Positions 9,287-21,553 of a stretch of 29,888 bases of DNA are shown here, piece by piece. Every line of letters begins with the position of its first letter. Position 1 is the first letter of the stretch. Position numbers and translations under genes: made by a program. Below the pieces are notes generated by a model. It saw nothing but the letters and a program-made list of their open reading frames with translations, was not told where the DNA came from and made no database searches. This DNA comes from Burkholderiales bacterium (GTDB lineage Bacteria > Pseudomonadota > Gammaproteobacteria > Burkholderiales > SG8-39): the NCBI GenBank assembly GCA_035691445.1, contig DASSJA010000340.1, positions 1 to 29,888 of the forward strand. Reading direction: 5' to 3'.

Positions 9287-10573
9287 TTGGCCGACATCCC
9301 TCTGCTGCCGCAGTTCGCCGCGCTCGTCTTCCTCCTGGTCCTCTCGGGGTTCTTCGCGATGGCCGAGACCGGCATGATGGCTATCAACCGGTACCGCCTG
9401 CGCGCCCTCGAGCGCACCGGCCATCGGGGTGCGCGGCTCGCGTCCGATCTGCTTCGCGAAACCGACAGGCTCCTGTCGGTGCTGCTCGCGGGCAACACGC
9501 TGGTCAACGCCGCGATCACGATGCTCGCCGGGGTAATCACGATCGATCTCTTCGGACACGACAAGATCGTGCTCGGCGCCGCGACCCTCGCGGTCGCGTT
9601 CCTGATTCTCGTGTTCGCCGAGATCACGCCCAAGGTGATCGGAGCGCGCTATCCGGAGCAGACCGCCCTCGCGGCGAGCTACGTGCTGAAGCCGCTCGTC
9701 AAGGCGTTCGCGTGGACGCTCTGGATAGCGAACCTGTTCGTGCGCTGCCTGCTGTGGCTGCTGCGCATCCCGACCGAGCACAAGGGATCGCAGCGGCTGT
9801 CCGTGGAGGAGCTGCGCATGCTCGTGCTCGAGTCGGGTCAGTTCATGCCGAAGAAGCACCTGAGCATTCTCATCAACCTCTTCGACCTGGAAGCGATCAC
9901 CGTCGAGGACGTGATGACCCCGAGAGCGCAGATCGAGGCGGTCGACCTCGACGCTCCCGCGGAGACCCTCGTCACCCAGTTCACCACCGCGTACCACACC
10001 CGCCTTCCCGCGTACCGGGGCGAGCTCGGCAACCTCGCGGGCATCCTGCATCTGCGCAACGTCATGCACCTGCTGCGCTCCGAGGAATTCGACCGCAAGG
10101 CGCTCGCCGGGCTGCTGGCGAAGCCGTATTTCGTCCCGACGGGAACGCCGGTGTTCGCGCAGCTCCAGTATTTCCAGGAAAACCGCCAACGGATCGCGCT
10201 CGCCGTCGACGAGTACGGAGAGCTGCAAGGGCTGCTCACCGTGGAGGACATCATCGAGGAGATCATCGGCGAATTCACGACGACCGCTCCGGTCAGATCG
10301 GAGATCGACTCCTGGGACAAGGACGGAAGCGTTCTGGTGGAAGGATCGAGCATGCTGCGCGAGCTGAACCGCAAGCTCGGCCTCGCTCTGCCCCTGGACG
10401 GGCCCAAGACCCTGAACGGCCTCATCTTGGAGCACCTGCAGGATATCCCCGCGTCGGGAGTCGCGTTGAAGATCGCCGAGGTGCCGATGGAAATCGTCCA
10501 GACCCAGGACCGGGTGATCAAGACGGTGCGGCTTTTCCGCCCGCGCGTATCCGATCTCGCGCGGGCGGCGTAG
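9287..10573 (+). CDS. CorB/HlyC-CorC family CNNM transporter (DUF21 + CBS pair + CorC_HlyC domain)
   Basis: LSGFFAMAETGMM, GNTLVN, FAEITPK, VEDVMTPR, HTRLP, AVDEYGELQGLLTVEDIIEEIIGEF, PKTLNGLILEHLQDIP. TTG start at 9287 after a GGGGGAG SD. Confidence 0.92.
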   Translation: MADIPLLPQFAALVFLLVLSGFFAMAETGMMAINRYRLRALERTGHRGARLASDLLRETDRLLSVLLAGNTLVNAAITMLAGVITIDLFGHDKIVLGAATLAVAFLILVFAEITPKVIGARYPEQTALAASYVLKPLVKAFAWTLWIANLFVRCLLWLLRIPTEHKGSQRLSVEELRMLVLESGQFMPKKHLSILINLFDLEAITVEDVMTPRAQIEAVDLDAPAETLVTQFTTAYHTRLPAYRGELGNLAGILHLRNVMHLLRSEEFDRKALAGLLAKPYFVPTGTPVFAQLQYFQENRQRIALAVDEYGELQGLLTVEDIIEEIIGEFTTTAPVRSEIDSWDKDGSVLVEGSSMLRELNRKLGLALPLDGPKTLNGLILEHLQDIPASGVALKIAEVPMEIVQTQDRVIKTVRLFRPRVSDLARAA

Positions 10574-10771
10574 AGCGGCGGACTCGGCGCGACCGAGGAA
10601 GAAGTCACATTTACAGGTCCCCGATTACACCTTGTCTTCAACGTATTGCGCAAAGTACTTGAGACTTTACAAACGGCCGGTGCGCATGCATCATCGCGGG
10701 ACCGTCCGCAGCTAGAGGCCCAAGAAGCCCGCGAGCCTCGCAGCCAGGAATGAAGCCAGGAGGCCGCCGTC

Positions 10772-11992
10772 ATGGCAACCGCAGCAGCCGTCGCCAAGGT
10801 CAAGGAAGTCACCTACCTTTGGGAAGGCAAGGACAAGTCGGGCAAGATCATCAAAGGTCAGATGCGCGCGGGCGGCGAAGCGCTGGTCAACGTCACGCTA
10901 CGCCGCCAGGGCATCGTCGTCACGAAGGTCAGCAAGCAACGCATCGGCAGAGGGGGCAAGGTCTCCGACAAGGACGTTACGCTGTTCACCCGCCAGATGG
11001 CGACGATGATGAAAGCGGGCGTGCCGCTGCTGCAGTCCTTCGATATCGTCGGCAAGGGGCACGCCAACCCCGCGGTGTCGCGGCTGCTGATGGGGATCAA
11101 GACGGATGTGGAAACCGGATCTTCGCTCGCGTCGGCGTTTCGCAAGTACCCCCTTCACTTCGACGCTCTGTTCTGCAACCTGGTGCAGGCCGGCGAGCAG
11201 GCGGGGATCCTGGAGTCCCTCCTCGACCGCCTAGCGACCTACAAGGAAAAGATTCTCGCCATCAAGTCGAAGATCAAATCGGCGCTCTTCTATCCGATTG
11301 CGATCATCACGGTCGCCTTCATCATCATGGCGATCATCATGATCTTCGTGATCCCGGCGTTCAAGCAGGTGTTCACGAGCTTCGGGGCCGACCTGCCGGC
11401 GCCGACCTTGTTCGTGATGGGGGTCTCGGATTTCTTTGTCCACTACTGGTACATCATCTTCCCTGCGATCATCGGGGGCGTCTGGGGCTTTTTCGCGGTG
11501 TGGAGGCGCTCGGTGCCGGTCCAGATATTCATGGACCGGCTGACGCTCAAGATACCGGTATTCGGCGACCTCATCCGCAAATCGACCATCGCACGCTGGA
11601 CGCGGACGCTCTCGACCATGTTCGCGGCGGGCGTGCCCCTCGTCGAAGCCCTCGATTCGGTGGGCGGCGCATCCGGGAACTATATCTATGTGATGGCCAC
11701 CAAGGATATCCAGAGAAAGGTGAGCACGGGAACGAGCCTCACCGCTTCGATGCAGGAGTCGAACGTGTTTCCCAACATGGTCGTGCAGATGGTGTCGATC
11801 GGAGAGGAATCGGGGGCGCTCGACGCAATGCTCGGCAAGGTCGCGGACTTCTACGAGTCGGAGGTCGACGACGCGGTCGAGGCGCTCTCCAGCCTCATGG
11901 AACCGATGATCATGGTGGTGCTCGGCGTACTGATCGGCGGCATGGTGATCGCGATGTACCTGCCGATATTCAAAATCGGCCAGGCGGTCTGA
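10772..11992 (+). CDS. pilC: Type IV pilus platform protein (T2SS F family)
   Basis: FTRQMATMMKAGVPLLQ, AGEQAGILE, KIKSALFYP, DLPAPT, TRTLSTMFAAGVPLVEAL, IGEESGALDAML, EPMIMVVLG, YLPIF; GGAGG SD. Confidence 0.96.
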   Translation: MATAAAVAKVKEVTYLWEGKDKSGKIIKGQMRAGGEALVNVTLRRQGIVVTKVSKQRIGRGGKVSDKDVTLFTRQMATMMKAGVPLLQSFDIVGKGHANPAVSRLLMGIKTDVETGSSLASAFRKYPLHFDALFCNLVQAGEQAGILESLLDRLATYKEKILAIKSKIKSALFYPIAIITVAFIIMAIIMIFVIPAFKQVFTSFGADLPAPTLFVMGVSDFFVHYWYIIFPAIIGGVWGFFAVWRRSVPVQIFMDRLTLKIPVFGDLIRKSTIARWTRTLSTMFAAGVPLVEALDSVGGASGNYIYVMATKDIQRKVSTGTSLTASMQESNVFPNMVVQMVSIGEESGALDAMLGKVADFYESEVDDAVEALSSLMEPMIMVVLGVLIGGMVIAMYLPIFKIGQAV

Positions 11993-12029
11993 TAACACCC
12001 TCCTCGCGCAGCGGGGATCCGGCGGACCC

Positions 12030-12992
12030 ATGAGCGACATCCTCTGGGCGGCCTCCCACCCGGCCGCGTTTCCCTGGCTGAGCCTCGTGCTGGGGCTGGT
12101 CGTCGGCTCGTTTCTCAACGTCGTCATCCATCGGCTGCCCAAGATGATGGAGCGGAGCTGGCGGGAGGAATGCGCAGAGATCGAGGGCGCTCCCGCCGCA
12201 AACGCGGCAGGGGAACCCTACGGTTCCCCCGCAACCCCTCCCGCCACAAACGCAGCAGGAGAACCCTACGGTTCCCCCGCACCCCCTCCCCAACCGAAAA
12301 CCACGGAGACGTACAACTTGTTCGTGCCTCGCTCGCGCTGCCCCGCCTGCGGTCACGGCATCCGCGCCGCCGAGAACATCCCTCTCGTTTCATGGGCGTT
12401 GCTGCGCGGGCGCTGCTCGGCGTGCAAGGCGCGCATCAGCGTGCGCTACCCTCTTGTCGAACTGCTCGCCGGGATCGCCGCGGCGTGGTCGGCGACACGG
12501 TTCGGCTTCGGGCCGGCGGCGTTCGCGGCTATGGTGTTCCTGTGGTGCATCCTCGCCGCGGGCTTCATCGATTTCGATACGCAGCTGCTGCCCGATGCCA
12601 TCACGCTGCCCCTTTTGTGGCTGGGGCTGCTCCTCAACATCGCCGGGGTCTTCACCGACCTGCGCTCGGCGGTGATCGGCGCCGCCGCAGGATATCTGGT
12701 CCTGTGGAGCGTGTACTGGCTGTTCAAGCTCGCGACCGGCAAGGAAGGGATGGGATTCGGCGATTTCAAGCTGCTTGCCGCCATCGGCGCGTGGTGCGGA
12801 TGGCAGGTCCTGCCGCTTGTGATCGTGCTCTCGTCCTTCATCGGCGCCGCGGTGGGAATCGCCCTCATGATCTTCGCGCGTCGCGGTCGCAGCGTGCCCA
12901 TCCCCTTTGGACCCTTTCTGGGCGCCGCGGGGATCGTCGCATTGTTCTGGGGGCCTCAGCTCACCCGCCAGTACCTCAACCACTTCATGTGA
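12030..12992 (+). CDS. pilD: Prepilin peptidase/N-methyltransferase with a ~30-aa repeat insertion
   Basis: GSFLNVVIHRLP, RSRCPACGH, NIPLVSW..LRGRCSAC, IDFDTQLLPD, GMGFGDFKL, IPFGPFL; both catalytic Asp motifs present. Confidence 0.96.
   Translation: MSDILWAASHPAAFPWLSLVLGLVVGSFLNVVIHRLPKMMERSWREECAEIEGAPAANAAGEPYGSPATPPATNAAGEPYGSPAPPPQPKTTETYNLFVPRSRCPACGHGIRAAENIPLVSWALLRGRCSACKARISVRYPLVELLAGIAAAWSATRFGFGPAAFAAMVFLWCILAAGFIDFDTQLLPDAITLPLLWLGLLLNIAGVFTDLRSAVIGAAAGYLVLWSVYWLFKLATGKEGMGFGDFKLLAAIGAWCGWQVLPLVIVLSSFIGAAVGIALMIFARRGRSVPIPFGPFLGAAGIVALFWGPQLTRQYLNHFM
12190..12290. repeat. Two tandem 48-bp units (plus a partial third) with an internal palindrome, inside pilD
   Basis: Units start at 12190, 12238 and 12286 (CTCCC). 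Unit 1 contains GGGGAACC-ctac-GGTTCCCC; unit 2 has one stem mismatch. Encodes APAANAAGEPYGSPAT / PPATNAAGEPYGSPAP. Confidence 0.92.
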
Positions 12993-13609
12993 AGCCCTAC
13001 ACGGTCGGACTCACGGGCGGTATCGGCAGCGGCAAGAGCGCAGTCGCGCAACTCTTCACCAGGCTCGGCATCGCGGTGATCGACTCCGACAGCATCGCGC
13101 ACGACCTCACGCGGCCCGCGGGGGAAGCGATCGAGCCGATACGCGCGGCGTTCGGTTCGGGCGCGATCGGCGCGGATGGCTCGCTCGATCGCGTTCGGAT
13201 GCGCAAGCTCGCGTTCGGCGACGCTCAAGCGAGGAAAAAGCTGGAAGCCATTCTGCACCCGCTCATCCGGATCGAAAGCGCGCGCCGCTGCGAGCGCGCC
13301 CGCGGCCCTTACGCGATCCTCGTGGTCCCGCTCCTGGTGGAATCCGGCGTCGACCGCTCTCGCTACGCGCGGGTGCTCGTTGTCGATTGCCTCGAGACTC
13401 AGCAGCTGGAGCGCGTGATGGCGCGAAGCGGCCTTCCGGAGTCGGAGGTGCGCGCCATTCTCGCCGCCCAGGCGACGCGCGCGCAGCGCCTCGCCGCCGC
13501 CGACGACGTGATCGACAACAGCGGCATGCCCGCGGCCCTCGAGCGCCAGGTATCGAGCTTGAACGAGAAATATCTCACGCTCGCGGCGGAAACGAAGACA
13601 GCGCCGTAG
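12989..13609 (+). CDS. coaE: Dephospho-CoA kinase
   Basis: VGLTGGIGSGKS, IDSDSIAH, LEAILHPLI, VPLLVE, QATRAQRLAAADDVIDNSG. GTG 12989 overlaps the pilD stop. Confidence 0.97.
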   Translation: MKPYTVGLTGGIGSGKSAVAQLFTRLGIAVIDSDSIAHDLTRPAGEAIEPIRAAFGSGAIGADGSLDRVRMRKLAFGDAQARKKLEAILHPLIRIESARRCERARGPYAILVVPLLVESGVDRSRYARVLVVDCLETQQLERVMARSGLPESEVRAILAAQATRAQRLAAADDVIDNSGMPAALERQVSSLNEKYLTLAAETKTAP

Positions 13610-13619
13610 CCGGCGCCCG

Positions 13620-13648
13620 TTGTCAATTCACGGCGGATCGGGGAGAAT
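13620..13648 (+). promoter_or_regulatory. Candidate sigma70 promoter for zapD-yacG
   Basis: TTGTCA (13620-13625), 17-nt spacer, GAGAAT (13643-13648); first -10 base is non-consensus. Confidence 0.45.
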
Positions 13649-13699
13649 CAGGCAAAGATCTCTCTAATCAATCGCCTACCCTCGAGCCGCGGGCGTCAA

Positions 13700-14446
13700 G
13701 TGATCACTTACGAGTATCCGCTCAACGAGCGAATCCGGACGCTGCTGCGCCTCGAAAACCTGTTCGAGCGCGCCAACCATTTTCTGGTCAAGGAAGAGGA
13801 CTCGCGCGCGCATCACGCCGCGCTCCTGACGCTGTTCGAGATTCTCGAAGTAGCAAGCCGCGCCGATCTGAAGTCGGACCTCCTGCAGGAGCTCGAGCGG
13901 CAGAAACAGATCCTCCAGGGATTTCGCAACAATCCACAGATCGCGGAGAGCGCTCTCAAACAGGTCCTCGCGGACATCGAGCGCACGAGCGCGGCGCTCT
14001 TCGCCATGACCGGCAAGATCGGCCAGTACCTTCGGGAGAACGATTGGCTGATGTCGATCAAGCAGCGCACCGGGATTCCGGGCGGCGCCTGCGAGTTCGA
14101 CCTGCCCTCGTATCATTTCTGGCTGAACCGCGACGGGCACCGGCGCAACACCGACCTGCACGCGTGGATCTCTCCGTTGCTGCCGATCAAAGAGGCTTCG
14201 TCCATCGTGCTGAAGCTGCTGCGCGAGGGCGGCCGGCCGGTCAAGCACGTCGCCCAGCGCGCGCTCTTCTCGCAGATGCTGGGCGGTAAGGCCTCGCAGA
14301 TGGTACGCATCCGGCTGCCGCGCAGCTCTCAGTACATCCCCGAGATCAGCGCCAACAAATACGCGTTGAACGTGCGTTTCGGTACTTTCGGCACGCGGGT
14401 GTGCGAGGCTGACGTCGAGTTCGAGCTGACCTTCTGCAACCTGTAG
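13700..14446 (+). CDS. zapD: Cell division protein ZapD
   Basis: [74 protein letters not shown]. Confidence 0.96.
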   Translation: MITYEYPLNERIRTLLRLENLFERANHFLVKEEDSRAHHAALLTLFEILEVASRADLKSDLLQELERQKQILQGFRNNPQIAESALKQVLADIERTSAALFAMTGKIGQYLRENDWLMSIKQRTGIPGGACEFDLPSYHFWLNRDGHRRNTDLHAWISPLLPIKEASSIVLKLLREGGRPVKHVAQRALFSQMLGGKASQMVRIRLPRSSQYIPEISANKYALNVRFGTFGTRVCEADVEFELTFCNL

Positions 14447-14450
14447 AGCC

Positions 14451-14639
14451 GTGGGCGAGACGAAGCTCGTAAGCTGTCCGCGCTGCGCTGTTCAAGTGGC
14501 ATGGTTGCCGGCGAGCCGTTACCGTCCATTTTGTTCCCAGCGTTGCAGGCTGATCGATCTGGGCGATTGGGCAATGGAGAGGTACCGGGTACCGGTCGAG
14601 GGCGAGAAGGATACGCCCGAGACGAAGGAGCAGGACTAG
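14451..14639 (+). CDS. yacG: DNA gyrase inhibitor YacG
   Basis: CPRC...[22 protein letters not shown] zinc-finger pattern; follows zapD. Confidence 0.95.
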   Translation: MGETKLVSCPRCAVQVAWLPASRYRPFCSQRCRLIDLGDWAMERYRVPVEGEKDTPETKEQD

Positions 14640-15583
14640 GCCCGCATTTCCCAGGCTCCACGCACCATGGCGATCCCGTGCGCGCCGCGGCTCATGGCCT
14701 GCTCCAGATCGCCGGGCTGAATTCCGCCGAGCGCATAGACCGGTACGGACGTATCCGCCGCAATCGCCCTGAATCGCTCCCAACCGAGCGGTACCGCAGC
14801 CGGGTGCGAGGGCGTCGCGTGAACCGGCCCGACTACGGCGAAATCGGCTCCGAGCGCCTCGGCGCGGCGCAGCTCCTCGCCCGAGTGGCACGAGGCGCCG
14901 CACCACGGGACGTCCGGACGGGCCGAAACACTGCGCAGCTGCTCGGCGGTGAGGTGCACGCCGTCCGCGCCGATCTCGCGGGCGAGCTCGAGGTCGGAGT
15001 TCACCAGAACCTTCGCGCCGTGAGCGCGGGCCAGGGCGAGCACACGCCCGGCGATATGCCTCAGGGCCGGGCGCGCGAGATTTTTTTCCCGTACCTGCAC
15101 CAGCCTGAGGCCACCGCGCAGGCGCGCCTCCAGCCGCGAAAGAAACGGCCCTTCGCCGAGCTCGCCGGCGCGCGTTATGGCGTACTCGGACGGCAGCGAC
15201 AGCGCGCGAAGCACCGGGCCGTTCGCCGGCAGGAGAGGACCGAGCTCGACCGCATCCGGGCGCCGCCAGGCGATCGCCTGGTGGTCGAGCGCGCGCGGCT
15301 CGCCCTGCCAGGAGGTGACGCGGTGGAAATGCAGGCGCACCGTCGCGTGCGGATAGACGAATACCCGGGTTATCCAGGGATAGGTCCGCCCGATCTCGAC
15401 GCCCAGCTCCTCGCGTATCTCGCGCTTGAGCGCGTCGAGGACCGGCTCGCCCGGTTCGACCTTGCCGCCAGGAAACTCCCAATAACCCGAGTAGACCTTG
15501 CTTTCGGGCCGGCGCGCGAGCAGCGCAGCACCGTCGGAACGGATGAGCACCGCCACGGCGACGTCCACCGGGGCCGACATCAT
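14636..15583 (-). CDS. MutT-like Nudix hydrolase fused to a thiamine-phosphate-synthase (ThiE/TenI)-like domain
   Basis: Nudix box [27 protein letters not shown], then [36 protein letters not shown]. Confidence 0.92.
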   Translation of the reverse strand: MMSAPVDVAVAVLIRSDGAALLARRPESKVYSGYWEFPGGKVEPGEPVLDALKREIREELGVEIGRTYPWITRVFVYPHATVRLHFHRVTSWQGEPRALDHQAIAWRRPDAVELGPLLPANGPVLRALSLPSEYAITRAGELGEGPFLSRLEARLRGGLRLVQVREKNLARPALRHIAGRVLALARAHGAKVLVNSDLELAREIGADGVHLTAEQLRSVSARPDVPWCGASCHSGEELRRAEALGADFAVVGPVHATPSHPAAVPLGWERFRAIAADTSVPVYALGGIQPGDLEQAMSRGAHGIAMVRGAWEMRA

Positions 15584-15592
15584 TCCCGCGAT

Positions 15593-16477
15593 TCAGCGCT
15601 TCGGCTTGCCGTCGCCGGCGTGGCGACCGGCGTAGTCGCGCGCGAACTGCCAGGCGACGCGGCCTGAGCGAGAGCCGCGCAGGAGCGCCCATTGAAGGGC
15701 CTCCTGTCTCGCCTTAGCGATCTCGCCCTCGCCGCAGCCGAGCTCGCGCAGCCAGTGGGCGACGATCGCGAGGAATTCGTCCTGGTCGAAGGGATAGAAC
15801 GAGACCCACAGCCCGAAACGCTCCGAGAGCGAGATTTTCTCCTCGACCGTTTCGCCGGGGTGGATCTCCTCGCCGAGGTGCTTGGTCTCGAGGTTCTCCT
15901 GCATGTACTCGGGCATGAGGTGACGCCGGTTGGACGTGGCGTAGATGAGCAGGTTCTCCGAGGTTGCGGCGACCGAGCCGTCCAGCACCGACTTGAGCGC
16001 CTTGTAGCCCGCCGCCTCCGACAGTTCGAACGACAGATCGTCGCAGAACAGGATGAAGCGCTCCGGCCGTGCGGCCACCTGGTCGACGATCTCCGGCAGG
16101 TCTATGAGGTCATGCTTCTCGACCTCGATCAGGCGCAGGCCCTGGCGGTGGAACTTGTCGAGGACCGCCTTGACGAGCGAAGACTTTCCGGTGCCGCGCG
16201 CGCCCGTCAGCAGCGCATTGTTGGCGGTCTTGCCCTCGACGAACTGGCGGGTGTTCTGCTCGATCAGCGCCTTCTGATTGTTCACGCCGTGGAGGTCGGA
16301 GAGGCGGATGCGGTGGACGTTCGCGATCGGCTGGATGAAGCGGCCGCGCGAGGTCTTGCGCCAGCGGAACGCGATGCTCGCCTGCCAGTCGACCGGGCGC
16401 GACGCGGGCGGGAGCAGCGTCTCGACGCGCTCAAGCAGCGCCTCGCCGCGCTTGATCAGCCGTTCCATCTCGGACAT
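15593..16477 (-). CDS. DUF815-family AAA+ ATP-binding protein
   Basis: AFRWR, NTRQFV.G..ANNALLTGARGTGKSSL (Walker A), LFCDDLSFE (Walker B), IYATSNRRHLMPE, EEKISLSERFGLW, RSGRVAWQF. Likely start ATG 16477. Confidence 0.9.
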   Translation of the reverse strand: MSEMERLIKRGEALLERVETLLPPASRPVDWQASIAFRWRKTSRGRFIQPIANVHRIRLSDLHGVNNQKALIEQNTRQFVEGKTANNALLTGARGTGKSSLVKAVLDKFHRQGLRLIEVEKHDLIDLPEIVDQVAARPERFILFCDDLSFELSEAAGYKALKSVLDGSVAATSENLLIYATSNRRHLMPEYMQENLETKHLGEEIHPGETVEEKISLSERFGLWVSFYPFDQDEFLAIVAHWLRELGCGEGEIAKARQEALQWALLRGSRSGRVAWQFARDYAGRHAGDGKPKR

Positions 16478-16485
16478 GCGGTGGC

Positions 16486-17679
16486 CTAGGTCCTGTATTC
16501 GGCGTTGATGGTAACGTATTCGTGCGACAGATCGCAGGTCCATACCGTCACGGAGGCGTTGCCGCGCTTCAGCACCACCCGGACCGTGATCTCGCTCTTT
16601 CCCATCACCCGCTTTCCCTCTTCCTCGCGGTAGCCGGGCGCGCGGCCGCCCTGCTTCGCGACCTGCACATCGTCGAGGTAAAGCTCGACGCGGTTGACGT
16701 CGAGATCACGAACGCCCGAGTTGCCGATCGCGGCGAGCAACCGCCCGAGATTCGGATCGGAAGCAAAGAACGCAGTCTTCACCAGCGGCGAGTGCGCGAT
16801 CGCGTAGGCGACGCTCCTGCACTCTCTCTCGTCCCGTCCCTTCTCCACCCGCACCGTGATGAACTTGGTCGCGCCCTCGCCGTCGCGCACGATCGCCTGG
16901 GCAAGGCCCTGCGACACCTCCAGCACCGCCTCGCGCAGGACGGCCGGGCCACAGCGCCCTGCAGCGCCCGTCGCGATCAGGATGAAGGAGTCGTTCGTCG
17001 AGGTGTCACCGTCGACGCTGATGCGGTTGAACGAATTCGCCGCCGCGTCGGCCACCAGGCGCTCGAGCACCTTTTGCGAAACGGCGGCGTCGGTCGCGAT
17101 GAATCCGAGCATGGTCGCCATGTCGGGGCGGATCATGCCTGCGCCTTTCGCGATCCCGGTGACTGCTGTCGCACCCGCGCGGCGCGACCTGGCCTTCGAC
17201 ACCGTATCAGTGGTCATGATCGCCTCCGCCGCATCACCCCAGGCGTCCTCTCGCAGGTCGGCGACACACGCCGGGAGTCCCGCGATGATGCGATCCAGGG
17301 GCAGCGGTTCCATGATCACGCCGGTCGAGAAGGGCAGCACTTCCTGCGGATGGCACCCGAGGAGCCGCGCCGCGTGTGCGCAGCTCTCCCGCGCGTCGGC
17401 GAGCCCGGGCTTCCCGGTGCCGGCATTGGCGTTGCCGGTATTGACGACGAGCGCCCGCGTAGCTCTCCCGGAGCCGAGGTGCTCCTTCGCGACCTGCACG
17501 GGCGCCGCGCAGAAGCGGTTCTGCGTAAACACGCCCGCGACGTGGGTCCCTTCCGCCAGCGAGATGAGCAGCAGGTCCTTGCGCCCCGCTTTCCGGATTC
17601 CCGCCCGGGCGACACCGAGCCTCACCCCCTTGACGGGCCGCAGGTCTTCCGGCCCCGGAGGGCTCAAATTGACAGCCAT
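16486..17679 (-). CDS. argJ: Ornithine acetyltransferase / N-acetylglutamate synthase ArgJ
   Basis: [85 protein letters not shown]. Confidence 0.97.
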   Translation of the reverse strand: MAVNLSPPGPEDLRPVKGVRLGVARAGIRKAGRKDLLLISLAEGTHVAGVFTQNRFCAAPVQVAKEHLGSGRATRALVVNTGNANAGTGKPGLADARESCAHAARLLGCHPQEVLPFSTGVIMEPLPLDRIIAGLPACVADLREDAWGDAAEAIMTTDTVSKARSRRAGATAVTGIAKGAGMIRPDMATMLGFIATDAAVSQKVLERLVADAAANSFNRISVDGDTSTNDSFILIATGAAGRCGPAVLREAVLEVSQGLAQAIVRDGEGATKFITVRVEKGRDERECRSVAYAIAHSPLVKTAFFASDPNLGRLLAAIGNSGVRDLDVNRVELYLDDVQVAKQGGRAPGYREEEGKRVMGKSEITVRVVLKRGNASVTVWTCDLSHEYVTINAEYRT

Positions 17680-17717
17680 ATTCTTGCGACCGCTCCGGGA
17701 GTCGTACCGATCCCGGT

Positions 17718-20489
<2,772 letters not shown>

Positions 20490-20523
20490 CGAAGAGTGAC
20501 GACCAGCATGGGAAAAAGTTCGA

Positions 20524-20532
20524 AGTCTACCA
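20524..20532 (-). promoter_or_regulatory. Candidate extended -10 promoter for secA
   Basis: TG-g-TAGACT, 34 nt upstream of the secA ATG, just downstream of a GGGATCG...CGATCCC hairpin. Confidence 0.5.
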
Positions 20533-20607
20533 CGCGGAGGGATCGATTCCCCCGATCCCGGACGGACTGCCGGGGAAACCGGGCCCGCGGGCGCCAAAGG
20601 CTTGCGG

Positions 20608-21528
20608 CTAGCGCGACGAGGCCTGGAGAAAGCGGATGGGGTTCTGCGCGACGCCGCGATAGCGCACTTCGAAGTGCAGGTGCGGGCCGGTGGCCCTGCC
20701 GGTCGAACCGGATTCGGCGATCTTGGCGCCGCGCTGCACGACTTCGCCTTCCTTGACCAGAAGCCTGGAGCAATGGGCGTAGCGCGTGGTGAAATCGTTG
20801 CCGTGGTCGATCTCGACCATGTAGCCGTACTGGGGGTGCGTCCCCGCGAACTTCACCACCCCGCCCGCGGCCGCAAAAATCGGCGTGCCGACGTCCACCG
20901 GGAAGTCCAGGCCTTCGTGCATAGCCAGCATCCCGTTGAACGGGTCGATGCGCCAACCGAAACTCGACGCGGTGTAGGCGGCATCGACGGGCGGGATCGT
21001 CGGCATCAGTTTCTTTTTGACCTTCGCGTCGAACATCTGCGACTCCAGGATCCCCAGCGAGTCGCTACGGTTTTCCATCTGCCTCGAGAGCTGGTCGAGT
21101 TGGCGGTTGAATTCCGCCATCGACAGGTCCTTCGGCGGAATGCTCGACATCGCGCCGCCGCGGCCCGGGACCTCGGTGAATCGGAATTCGCCGGGCTTGA
21201 GGCCGGCAAGCGCCGAGAGGCGTTCGCCTAGGGCGTCCAGGCACATGAGCTGGGCTTGCATCTCGCCCAGCTTCACGGCCATGGCATTGAGGTTTTCCCT
21301 CAAGAACTCCTCGGTCTTGCGCTGCTGCGCCTCCTGAGCCGATTTCACCAGCGAATCGAGGAGGGGAAACTTGAATTCGTTCGCATGACGCACGGTGATC
21401 CAGAAAAGGCCCAGCGTCAGGCTGAACACGAGCAGCGCCATGAATAGCACGCCGGCAACCACGTGGCGGCTGGTCAGAGTCAAGGACCCCGCCTTGGCCG
21501 CTCTGCTCGAAACAAGAATAATATGCAT
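20608..21528 (-). CDS. M23 family metallopeptidase with N-terminal TM and coiled coil
   Basis: [16 protein letters not shown] (HxxxD), [30 protein letters not shown] (HxH). ATG 21528 with an AAAGG SD. Confidence 0.93.
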   Translation of the reverse strand: MHIILVSSRAAKAGSLTLTSRHVVAGVLFMALLVFSLTLGLFWITVRHANEFKFPLLDSLVKSAQEAQQRKTEEFLRENLNAMAVKLGEMQAQLMCLDALGERLSALAGLKPGEFRFTEVPGRGGAMSSIPPKDLSMAEFNRQLDQLSRQMENRSDSLGILESQMFDAKVKKKLMPTIPPVDAAYTASSFGWRIDPFNGMLAMHEGLDFPVDVGTPIFAAAGGVVKFAGTHPQYGYMVEIDHGNDFTTRYAHCSRLLVKEGEVVQRGAKIAESGSTGRATGPHLHFEVRYRGVAQNPIRFLQASSR

Positions 21529-21553
21529 GCTGCCTTTCTTACGGGCGCACACC

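Noticed and set aside
10686-10715. Nine-codon ORF (MHHRGTVRS) upstream of pilC as a leader peptide
   Set aside because: No SD, no attenuator structure and no informative codon run; expected by chance.
12190-12290. CRISPR array interpretation of the pilD repeats
   Set aside because: Only two units, directly adjacent with no unique spacers, inside an ORF, and no cas genes in the window.
17695-17716. Hairpin CCGGGA...TCCCGG between secA and argJ as a terminator or REP
   Set aside because: No U-tract on either side and no second copy seen; at most an mRNA stability element.
20490-20597. 36-aa N-terminal extension of SecA, or a SecM-like leader
   Set aside because: SecA homology starts at [11 protein letters not shown] (20489). 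The upstream stretch contains a promoter-like element and hairpins, with no signal peptide or arrest motif.
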